From: Vectrevirus T145P2
Direction: 5' to 3' (one strand)
Sequence record: OZ035747.1
DNA: 45,051 nucleotides
How positions within the stretch are numbered: position 1 is the stretch's first letter; each line of letters starts with the position of its first letter. A program made the translations under genes and the position numbers. The notes under the pieces were generated by a model. That model was not told the DNA's origin. It was given only the letters and a program-made list of their open reading frames with translations, and made no database searches. Shown here in pieces: positions 26,313 to 34,462 of this stretch.

Positions 26313-27312
26313 GCTTCGCAGCTTGTACAAAGACTCCGAGGTACTTGATGCAATCGAGCAAGCTACCGACGAGAAAGGTAATGTTAACTACAACGAGATG
26401 GCACGGGTATTATCGTGTCACCCTGTGGGTAAGAAGATTACCCGCCAGTTGGCTCGATACTGGCATGGTCAATTCAAGAAGACCAAGAAGAATGGTGATT
26501 ACTACCAGACTCTTCTGCAAGAGGATAAGCGTATCAAAGAAGAGCGTAAGCTCAGGACTCCTGACCGCTACGAGGATTTGGCTATTGTACCACTGCCTGA
26601 CTCGCCTCATCGAAGTGTACTGGTAATCCCTGACACTCATGCACCTTACGAGCACCCAGATACCTTAGAGTTTCTGGCAGCGGTGGCAGCACGTTACCGT
26701 CCAGACACTGTAGTTCATCTGGGTGATGAGGCAGATAAACATGCCTTATCGTTCCACGATTCAGACCCCAATCTGGATAGTGCTGGCATGGAGTTAGAGA
26801 AGGCCCGTGTCTTTATGCATAAATTACACAAGATGTTTCCTGTGATGCGCCTGTGTCATTCTAATCACGGCTCTATGCACTTCCGTAAGGCAAGCGCTAA
26901 GGGTATCCCTGTGCAATACTTGCGTACCTATCGAGAAGTCTTCTTTCCGCATGGGGGTGGCGACCAGTGGGATTGGCAGCATACACACGTTCTTGAGTTG
27001 CCGAATGGTGAACAGGTTGCATTTAAGCATCAACCAGCAGGCTCAGTCTTAGCAGATGCAGCGCATGAGCGCATGAACTTAGTGTGCGGTCACTTGCATG
27101 GTAAGATGTCGGTGGAGTATGCACGTAACACACATGAACAGTATTGGGCTGTGCAGGGCGGCTGTTTGATTGATGAGTCATCTCGTGCATTTGCCTATGG
27201 TCGTGAGTCCAAATACAAGCCAGCATTAGGTTGTGTGGTTATTCTGGAGGGTGTGCCGCACATTGTCCCGATGCAGACCAATAGTGACAATCGCTGGATT
27301 GGTAAGATTTAG
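26272..27312 (+). CDS. calcineurin-like metallophosphoesterase (start uncertain: TTG 26272, ATG 26278 or TTG 26305 with strong SD)
   Basis: VIPDTHAPYEHPD ... HLGDEADKH ... GHLHGK metal-binding motifs. Confidence 0.8.
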   Translation: MLMQERRRRLKLGKLRSLYKDSEVLDAIEQATDEKGNVNYNEMARVLSCHPVGKKITRQLARYWHGQFKKTKKNGDYYQTLLQEDKRIKEERKLRTPDRYEDLAIVPLPDSPHRSVLVIPDTHAPYEHPDTLEFLAAVAARYRPDTVVHLGDEADKHALSFHDSDPNLDSAGMELEKARVFMHKLHKMFPVMRLCHSNHGSMHFRKASAKGIPVQYLRTYREVFFPHGGGDQWDWQHTHVLELPNGEQVAFKHQPAGSVLADAAHERMNLVCGHLHGKMSVEYARNTHEQYWAVQGGCLIDESSRAFAYGRESKYKPALGCVVILEGVPHIVPMQTNSDNRWIGKI

Positions 27313-27329
27313 TTGACACTATAGAACAA
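27307..27329 (+). promoter_or_regulatory. phage RNAP promoter, SP6-like subclass
   Basis: ATTTAGTTGACACTATAGAACAA, one mismatch from the SP6 promoter ATTTAGGTGACACTATAGAA. Confidence 0.75.
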
Positions 27330-27380
27330 AGGGTAGGTATTAGCTTACCCTTGATTGTATAGTGAATGGAGGAATTAATT

Positions 27381-27851
27381 ATGTCAAAGATTTATATTGG
27401 CGAATACGTCGTACGCCGTGCAGCTTACCGAGATGCCATCTGGAATAAACTGTGTGAAAGCCTAGACAAGAAACCAGATGGGGTATTCAAAGTATCCCGT
27501 GCAGAACCTAATTATAACTCTATTATGTTAGAAGGTGTTGAGAAGCGCGAATGGTATGCACCTTACTTCAAGGTTGTTGACTCATTGCAAGATGAAGATC
27601 CTAGCACGTTGGACAACAATATGGTTACTAAGCCTAAGCACTATGAGTTCTTCGATGGGGTAGAGGCAATCACTATCATTGCTCGTAGTATGACCGAGAA
27701 GCAATTTGCTGGATATTGCATGGGTAACGCTTTGAAGTATCGTCTGCGTGCAGGTAAGAAATTCAATACTGAAGAAGACCTGAAGAAAGCAGACTACTAT
27801 AAAGAGTTATTCCAGAAACATCGTCACGAATGTATTGATGAGGATATTTGA
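27381..27851 (+). CDS. DUF3310-like protein (family of T7 gp1.7 nucleotide kinase)
   Basis: AGGAGG then ATG 27381; KPKHYEFFDGVEAITII...QFAGYCMGNALKYRLRAGKK motif. Confidence 0.55.
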   Translation: MSKIYIGEYVVRRAAYRDAIWNKLCESLDKKPDGVFKVSRAEPNYNSIMLEGVEKREWYAPYFKVVDSLQDEDPSTLDNNMVTKPKHYEFFDGVEAITIIARSMTEKQFAGYCMGNALKYRLRAGKKFNTEEDLKKADYYKELFQKHRHECIDEDI

Positions 27852-27852
27852 T

Positions 27853-27969
27853 ATGACTTGTCCTAATTGTGGAAGTGAAGAAACAGAACATGTAGTTATG
27901 TCAGATACTTATCATTTCTATTTCTGTCATAACTGCGACACTACCATTGAAGAGGAAGAAGCTGTATGA
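27853..27969 (+). CDS. small zinc-ribbon protein (38 aa)
   Basis: CPNCG ... CHNCD pair of CxxC; overlaps neighbours. Confidence 0.4.
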   Translation: MTCPNCGSEETEHVVMSDTYHFYFCHNCDTTIEEEEAV

Positions 27970-28913
27970 ATATCTTTGAGTTCCTAGGTCTTCCAGAAGA
28001 TCACCGCAATCACCCATTCATGCTAGTGAAACATCGCGGTGAAGTCCCTGAGAAGAAACTTACTTTTCCATGTTATGGACAGGTGAAACGAGATGGTATC
28101 TTTTCTGCTGTTGTTGTTCGCACTGATGGTGTCGTTGGCGTTTTTGGTCGCACTGGTAAGAAACTGGCAAACACTGAAGTCCTCGAACAAACATTTGCTA
28201 CCTTTCCGGTTGGCATTTATCTTGGTGAGCTTCAGTCTATGGCCGTTGATATCTACCTTGAAGCTCTATCAGGGGTGGTAAATCCTAATCGTACAGAGCC
28301 GCTTGACTTTATAGGCCAGCAGATTAAAGACAACCTGTATATCGACTTCTTCGATATGTTAACCATTAAGGCATTCCATGATGGATTCACTGATGTTTCT
28401 TATCTCAAACGTTACGATGCTTTACATCGTCGCATCGGCGCTCATCTTAGCGGGTACAACGCTATCCTTCCTATTACTCCTTGCCATAATGAGCGAGAAG
28501 TTGAAGCGTTTGCGCAAGAGCAAATAGACGCAGGCCGAGAGGGTGCTGTGTTTAAACTGGACTGTGATTATGAAGCAGGCCACAAAGGTTATCGTCAGAC
28601 TAAAGAAGTCCGTAAGGTAACTTATGACCTTACTTGTATTGGCTTTGAAGAAGGCAAAGGTAAGTACAAAGGTAAGGTAGCTAACCTCATTTTCAAATGG
28701 AAAGGAGGCAAGACAATCAAAGCTATGTTAGGTAAAGGGTGGACTCATGCAGATGCAGAACAGATGTTCCACGATATTAAACATGGTGGACGATTGAATG
28801 TCATTGGTAAAATCTTTGAAGTAAAAGGTCTTCAGGATTCAAGCAAGGGCAACATTCGTCTGCCCAAAGCGGGAGAATTAAGACATGACAAAGATGAACC
28901 AGATTTCTTTTGA
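27966..28913 (+). CDS. ATP-dependent DNA ligase
   Basis: 315 aa; motif I KRDG; C-terminal RLPKAGELRHDKD resembles ligase motif VI. Confidence 0.85.
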   Translation: MNIFEFLGLPEDHRNHPFMLVKHRGEVPEKKLTFPCYGQVKRDGIFSAVVVRTDGVVGVFGRTGKKLANTEVLEQTFATFPVGIYLGELQSMAVDIYLEALSGVVNPNRTEPLDFIGQQIKDNLYIDFFDMLTIKAFHDGFTDVSYLKRYDALHRRIGAHLSGYNAILPITPCHNEREVEAFAQEQIDAGREGAVFKLDCDYEAGHKGYRQTKEVRKVTYDLTCIGFEEGKGKYKGKVANLIFKWKGGKTIKAMLGKGWTHADAEQMFHDIKHGGRLNVIGKIFEVKGLQDSSKGNIRLPKAGELRHDKDEPDFF

Positions 28914-29100
28914 TAGCATGAAGGCGACTCGTGCAGTTGAGGTAGCAGAAGCTATCTTTGAAACTTTATCCTGTGGCATGGAATTGCCGTATACTTTACT
29001 GGCTGATGCAGAAGAGCTTGGTCTTTCTGTAGAAGCTATCCAAGAGAAGGTTGACGAATTATATGGTACAGACGAAGAAGAAACCGACGATTTCATTTGA
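28885..29100 (+). CDS. acidic hypothetical protein (71 aa)
   Basis: GGGAGA then ATG 28885. Confidence 0.5.
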   Translation: MTKMNQISFDSMKATRAVEVAEAIFETLSCGMELPYTLLADAEELGLSVEAIQEKVDELYGTDEEETDDFI

Positions 29101-29233
29101 AGGAATGGAAATGCTTGAGATGATTCTCAAGCCCTCTTCTCCTAAGGTGACTAAGACTCATGAAGAGTTAATCGTTGATGAAGTTAAGCGTTACATCATG
29201 GATTGTGTCAGAGCACAACTGGTGGTCCAATGA
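29063..29233 (+). CDS. hypothetical protein (start uncertain)
   Basis: Track ORF 29051..29233 uses TTG; ATG candidates at 29063 and 29105. Confidence 0.35.
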   Translation: MVQTKKKPTISFEGMEMLEMILKPSSPKVTKTHEELIVDEVKRYIMDCVRAQLVVQ

Positions 29234-29691
29234 TACGTCCAGCTTCCTTCCTAGATATTCCTGAGATTATAAACCTTGGGAATAAATATGTGGAAGAGGA
29301 AGTCAAGGTTGTAGCCCACCACTCAGCCTCATGGAATGCAGAACAAAGTGCACATAACCTTTGTGCATCTCTTAGTAGAGAAGATTTATTCCTATGGGTT
29401 GCTGTAGATGAAGGGCAGATTGTAGGGTTCCTGTGGGCTGGCTATCACGAGTTGGCCCCTTGGACACCTGTAAGAGTTGCCTCTGACATTCTCTTTTATA
29501 TTATACCAGAGAGGCGAGGAACACTACTTGGTATGCGTCTCATCAAAGCCCTAAAGCAATGGGCTAGTGATAATGAATGCTCTGAGGTTCGCCTGTCTAT
29601 CGCCTCTGGTATTAATGAAGAACGTGTCGGACGTATGTATAAGCGACTTGGCTTTGAACCGTTTGGCACTGTGTATAACCTGAAGTTCTAA
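29230..29691 (+). CDS. GNAT-family N-acetyltransferase
   Basis: ATG 29230; IVGFLWAG ... RRGTLLGMRLIKAL ... RMYKRLGFEP acetyl-CoA-binding core. Confidence 0.7.
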   Translation: MIRPASFLDIPEIINLGNKYVEEEVKVVAHHSASWNAEQSAHNLCASLSREDLFLWVAVDEGQIVGFLWAGYHELAPWTPVRVASDILFYIIPERRGTLLGMRLIKALKQWASDNECSEVRLSIASGINEERVGRMYKRLGFEPFGTVYNLKF

Positions 29692-29700
29692 GGAGATAAC

Positions 29701-29910
29701 ATGAGTGTTGTAAAGAAAGCATTTAAGGCTATCGGTCTTGCTCAAGATGCACCACGTATTGAAGCCAAAGTCCCAGCACAGCAGCTTGAGCGTAAGCCTG
29801 AGACTGAAGCTGAAGATATTCAAATTGGTGCAGGTGGTGATGATGCGACTGCATCTGCAAAAGGTAAGCGCGGCCTTGTCCGTCCGGTAGCTTCTAGCTT
29901 GAAGGTGTAA
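29701..29910 (+). CDS. small virion-associated protein, possibly gp6.7-like
   Basis: 69 aa; position immediately before portal. Confidence 0.4.
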   Translation: MSVVKKAFKAIGLAQDAPRIEAKVPAQQLERKPETEAEDIQIGAGGDDATASAKGKRGLVRPVASSLKV

Positions 29911-29911
29911 T

Positions 29912-31462
29912 ATGAAACAGAGCACAGATTTGGAGTATGGAGGTAAGCGGTCTAAGATACCTAAGCTATGGGAGAAGTTCTCCACTAAACGTAGCTCTTT
30001 CCTTGATAGGGCGAAGCATTACTCCAAATTAACCTTGCCCTATCTGATGAATGACAAAGGTGATAACGAGACTTCGCAGAATGGATGGCAAGGTGTAGGT
30101 GCTCAGGCAACTAATCATCTAGCCAACAAGCTAGCGCAAGTACTATTCCCTGCACAGCGTTCCTTCTTCCGTGTAGACTTAACTGCACAAGGTGAGAAGG
30201 TTCTTAATCAGCGTGGCCTGAAGAAGACAGAGCTAGCTACCATCTTCGCTCAAGTGGAAACACGGGCAATGAAAGAGTTAGAGCAACGTCAATTCCGTCC
30301 TGCTGTAGTGGAAGCATTCAAGCATCTTATTGTTGCTGGTAGCTGTATGCTATACAAGCCGAGCAAAGGTGCAATCAGTGCTATCCCAATGCATCACTAT
30401 GTAGTTAACCGTGATACCAATGGCGACCTGTTAGACATTATCTTACTGCAAGAGAAAGCCTTACGCACCTTTGACCCAGCTACACGTGCTGTAGTAGAGG
30501 TTGGCCTGAAAGGTAAGAAGTGCAAGGAAGATGACAGCGTTAAGCTGTACACACATGCTAAGTATCTTGGTGATGGATTTTGGGAACTCAAGCAATCTGC
30601 TGATGATATCCCTGTGGGTAAGGTGAGTAAAATCAAATCAGAAAAGCTACCTTTCATCCCATTAACTTGGAAGCGAAGCTATGGTGAGGATTGGGGTCGC
30701 CCTCTTGCAGAGGATTACTCCGGTGATTTATTCGTTATCCAATTCTTATCTGAAGCGGTTGCCCGTGGTGCTGCGCTGATGGCAGATATCAAGTACCTGA
30801 TTCGTCCGGGTGCTCAAACTGATGTTGACCACTTTGTTAACTCTGGCACTGGTGAGGTTGTCACTGGTGTAGAAGAAGACATCCATATTGTACAGTTAGG
30901 TAAGTACGCAGACCTCACACCTATTAGCGCGGTTCTAGAGGTATACACTCGCCGTATCGGTGTTGTCTTCATGATGGAGACAATGACACGCCGTGACGCC
31001 GAACGTGTTACTGCTGTAGAAATCCAGCGAGATGCGTTAGAGATTGAGCAGAACATGGGTGGGGTATACTCCCTCTTTGCTACTACTATGCAATCGCCAG
31101 TAGCGATGTGGGGTCTGCTGGAGGCAGGGGAGTCCTTCACTAGTGACTTAGTGGACCCTGTGATTATCACAGGTATTGAAGCTTTAGGACGCATGGCTGA
31201 GTTGGATAAACTGGCTAACTTTGCTCAGTATATGTCACTGCCATTACAATGGCCTGAGCCTGTCCTAGCTGCTGTGAAATGGCCTGACTATATGGATTGG
31301 GTGCGTGGTCAAATCTCTGCTGAACTGCCGTTCCTTAAATCAGCGGAAGAGATGGCACAAGAACAGGAAGCACAGATGCAAGCACAGCAAGCACAGATGC
31401 TTGAAGAAGGTGTGGCTAAGGCCGTGCCGGGTGTAATTCAACAAGAACTTAAGGAGGCGTAA
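29912..31462 (+). CDS. portal (head-tail connector, gp8-like)
   Basis: 516 aa; position and size in canonical structural module. Confidence 0.92.
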   Translation: MKQSTDLEYGGKRSKIPKLWEKFSTKRSSFLDRAKHYSKLTLPYLMNDKGDNETSQNGWQGVGAQATNHLANKLAQVLFPAQRSFFRVDLTAQGEKVLNQRGLKKTELATIFAQVETRAMKELEQRQFRPAVVEAFKHLIVAGSCMLYKPSKGAISAIPMHHYVVNRDTNGDLLDIILLQEKALRTFDPATRAVVEVGLKGKKCKEDDSVKLYTHAKYLGDGFWELKQSADDIPVGKVSKIKSEKLPFIPLTWKRSYGEDWGRPLAEDYSGDLFVIQFLSEAVARGAALMADIKYLIRPGAQTDVDHFVNSGTGEVVTGVEEDIHIVQLGKYADLTPISAVLEVYTRRIGVVFMMETMTRRDAERVTAVEIQRDALEIEQNMGGVYSLFATTMQSPVAMWGLLEAGESFTSDLVDPVIITGIEALGRMAELDKLANFAQYMSLPLQWPEPVLAAVKWPDYMDWVRGQISAELPFLKSAEEMAQEQEAQMQAQQAQMLEEGVAKAVPGVIQQELKEA

Positions 31463-32382
31463 TGTCTTTCTCATTTACTGAACCGTCAACCACTCACCCT
31501 ACTGCTGAAGAGGGTACGGTAGAAACCAAGGAGGTAACAACTGATGCTGCTACTACTGATGCTCCTGCTGACGCTGGCACTGCTGTACAAGATGACAATG
31601 CTGGTGCACAACCTACTGAAGACACCGGAGGAGAAGCTTCTGGACAGCCTTCAGAAGAAGGAGACAATGGCGGAGAGAATGGTGAATCTAAGCCAGATGA
31701 TACCGCGACCGACACTGAGGAAGTGCAGTACTTCTTCGGAGAATATGAAGTAACAGTAGATATACCACAGGATGTTACTGATAGCCTTAAAGAGAAAGGT
31801 ATTGATGCTAAGCAGGTTGCCAAGGAACTCTATGCCAAAGATGGCAAGTTTGAATTGTCCGATGCAACCAAGCAGAAGCTGTATGATGCCTTTGGCAAGT
31901 TTGCAGTAGACGCCTACTTGTCTGGCCTGAAAGCGCAGAATGAAGCCTTCTTCCTGAAGGAAGCCAATGCTGCAAAGGAACTTGAAGCAGCTAACACTCA
32001 GCGCTTCTCTGATGTTTCTAAGGAAGTTGGTGGCGAAGAAGGTTGGTCCCGTCTTGAGGCGTGGGCGCTGGAAGCGCTGTCCGATGACGAACTCACGGCA
32101 TTCAATGCGGTGATGGAGTCTGGCAACCAATACCTCCAGCAATATGCTGTGCGTGAACTAGAAAGCCGCCGTAAAGCTGCACAGGGTGATGACAAGCCAA
32201 ACTTGATTGAGCCATCTGCACCTGCTGCCGCATCTGAGGATAATGGACCCCTGTCTCGCGATCAGTATCTCCGTGAGATGATGACGCTGGGTTCCCGCTT
32301 CGGTACAGACAAGAAAGCTGCTGCTGAGTATCAGGCTAAGCTGGATGCTCGCCGCCGTGCTGGCATGGCTCGCGGTATCTAA
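31462..32382 (+). CDS. capsid assembly scaffolding protein (gp9-like)
   Basis: 306 aa; acidic N-terminus; start overlaps portal stop (TAATG). Confidence 0.85.
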   Translation: MSFSFTEPSTTHPTAEEGTVETKEVTTDAATTDAPADAGTAVQDDNAGAQPTEDTGGEASGQPSEEGDNGGENGESKPDDTATDTEEVQYFFGEYEVTVDIPQDVTDSLKEKGIDAKQVAKELYAKDGKFELSDATKQKLYDAFGKFAVDAYLSGLKAQNEAFFLKEANAAKELEAANTQRFSDVSKEVGGEEGWSRLEAWALEALSDDELTAFNAVMESGNQYLQQYAVRELESRRKAAQGDDKPNLIEPSAPAAASEDNGPLSRDQYLREMMTLGSRFGTDKKAAAEYQAKLDARRRAGMARGI

Positions 32383-32388
32383 TTCAGT

Positions 32389-32411
32389 ATTTACTGGACA
32401 CTATAGAAGGG
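32389..32411 (+). promoter_or_regulatory. phage RNAP promoter upstream of the capsid gene
   Basis: ATTTACTGGACACTATAGAAGGG. Confidence 0.85.
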
Positions 32412-32461
32412 AGAAAAGCTCTCCCTAGTTATCAATTTGATTTATAAGGAGATTATAATAC

Positions 32462-33670
32462 ATGTCTACACCGAATACTCTGACTAACGTTGCTGTATCT
32501 GCATCCGGTGAGGTTGACAGCCTTCTCATTGAGAAGTTTAATGGTAAGGTCAATGAGCAGTACCTGAAAGGTGAGAACATTCTGTCCTACTTTGATGTAC
32601 AAACTGTTACTGGCACTAACACAGTGAGCAACAAATATTTGGGCGAAACTGAGTTGCAGGTGCTAGCACCGGGTCAGTCTCCTAATGCCACCCCTACTCA
32701 GGCGGATAAAAACCAGTTGGTAATTGATACCACTGTCATTGCTCGTAACACTGTGGCTCACATCCACGATGTACAAGGTGACATCGATAGCCTGAAACCA
32801 AAACTGGCTATGAACCAAGCCAAGCAACTGAAACGTCTGGAAGACCAGATGGCAATTCAGCAGATGCTGTTAGGCGGTATTGCTAACACCAAGGCCAAAC
32901 GTAACAAGCCGCGTGTTAAAGGGCATGGCTTCTCTATCAACGTTAACGTAACTGAGAGTGAAGCACTGGCTAACCCTCAGTATGTTATGGCTGCGGTAGA
33001 GTATGCTCTGGAGCAACAGCTTGAGCAGGAAGTGGACATCTCTGATGTAGCTATCATGATGCCGTGGAAGTTCTTCAATGCTCTGCGTGATGCAGACCGA
33101 ATTGTAGATAAGACTTACACTATCAGCCAGTCTGGTGCAACCATTAATGGCTTCGTTCTCTCTTCTTATAACTGCCCTGTGATCCCGTCTAACCGATTCC
33201 CTACCTTCGCTCAGAATCAGGCTCACCACCTGTTGTCTAATGAAGATAACGGCTATCGTTATGACCCTATCGCAGAGATGAATGGTGCAGTTGCTGTTCT
33301 GTTCACTGCCGACGCACTGCTGGTGGGTCGTACCATTGAAGTGACTGGTGACATCTTCTATGAGAAGAAAGAGAAGACTTATTACATTGACACCTTCATG
33401 GCTGAGGGTGCAATCCCTGACCGTTGGGAAGCAGTGTCTGTAGTTACCACTAAACGTAATGCAACTACTGGTGCTGCTGAAGGTTCTGGTGATGATCACG
33501 CAACCGTACTGGCTCGTGCACAGCGTAAGGCTGTATATGTCAAAACCGAAGGTGCTGCGGCTGCATTCTCTGCTGCCCCAGCAGGTATCCAAGCGGAAGA
33601 CCTTGTAGCGGCGGTACGTGCTGTAATGGCAAATGACATCAAGCCGACTGCAATGAAACCTACTGAGTAA
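32462..33670 (+). CDS. major capsid protein (gp10-like)
   Basis: 402 aa; strong codon bias; followed by terminator. Confidence 0.93.
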   Translation: MSTPNTLTNVAVSASGEVDSLLIEKFNGKVNEQYLKGENILSYFDVQTVTGTNTVSNKYLGETELQVLAPGQSPNATPTQADKNQLVIDTTVIARNTVAHIHDVQGDIDSLKPKLAMNQAKQLKRLEDQMAIQQMLLGGIANTKAKRNKPRVKGHGFSINVNVTESEALANPQYVMAAVEYALEQQLEQEVDISDVAIMMPWKFFNALRDADRIVDKTYTISQSGATINGFVLSSYNCPVIPSNRFPTFAQNQAHHLLSNEDNGYRYDPIAEMNGAVAVLFTADALLVGRTIEVTGDIFYEKKEKTYYIDTFMAEGAIPDRWEAVSVVTTKRNATTGAAEGSGDDHATVLARAQRKAVYVKTEGAAAAFSAAPAGIQAEDLVAAVRAVMANDIKPTAMKPTE

Positions 33671-33678
33671 TACCTATG

Positions 33679-33711
33679 CCCTATCTACCTTGCGTAGGTA
33701 GGGTTCTTTTT
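33679..33711 (+). terminator. intrinsic terminator after the capsid gene (T-phi-like position)
   Basis: CCCTATCTAC / GTAGGTAGGG 10-bp stem followed by TTCTTTTT. Confidence 0.75.
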
Positions 33712-33724
33712 GTTAGGAGGATTC

Positions 33725-34462
33725 ATGCCTGTAATTAGACAAACCAGTAAAGTAGGACATATGATGGAAGATGTGGCCTTCCAGATTATTGATAGTAAGC
33801 TGGAAGCGGTAAACTTGTGTATGCGAGCTATTGGTCGTGAGGGTGTGGATTCTCTCGACTCAGGTGACTTGGACGCAGAAGATGCAAGCAAGATGATCGA
33901 CATCGTATCCCAGCGATTCCAGTACAACAAAGGAGGTGGCTGGTGGTTCAATCGTGAACCGAACTGGCAACTTGCACCAGACACTAACGGTGAAGTTAAT
34001 TTACCTAACAACTGCCTAGCAGTATTGCAGTGTTATGCTTTAGGTGAAAAGAAAGTACCTATGACTATGCGAGCAGGTAAGCTCTACTCTACATGGAGTC
34101 ATACCTTTGATATGCGTAAGCATGTGAATGCTAATGGTATGATTCGTCTTACCTTACTTACCTTACTTCCATATGAGCATCTACCTACTAGTGTAATGCA
34201 GGCTATTGCCTATCAAGCTGCTGTAGAGTTTATTGTGTCTAAGGATGCAGATCAGACTAAGCTAGCCACTGCGCAGCAGATAGCCACTCAGCTTCTTATG
34301 GATGTACAATCTGAGCAAATGTCACAGAAGCGATTAAACATGCTGGTACATAACCCCACTCAGCGTCAGTTTGGTATCATGGCTGGTGGCTCTCAGAATG
34401 TACCTGCTTACTCTCATTCACCTTATGAGAGTTGGGCGCTCCGTCCGTGGGAGGATCGTTAA
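33725..34462 (+). CDS. tail tubular protein A (gp11-like)
   Basis: AGGAGG then ATG 33725; 245 aa. Confidence 0.9.
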   Translation: MPVIRQTSKVGHMMEDVAFQIIDSKLEAVNLCMRAIGREGVDSLDSGDLDAEDASKMIDIVSQRFQYNKGGGWWFNREPNWQLAPDTNGEVNLPNNCLAVLQCYALGEKKVPMTMRAGKLYSTWSHTFDMRKHVNANGMIRLTLLTLLPYEHLPTSVMQAIAYQAAVEFIVSKDADQTKLATAQQIATQLLMDVQSEQMSQKRLNMLVHNPTQRQFGIMAGGSQNVPAYSHSPYESWALRPWEDR

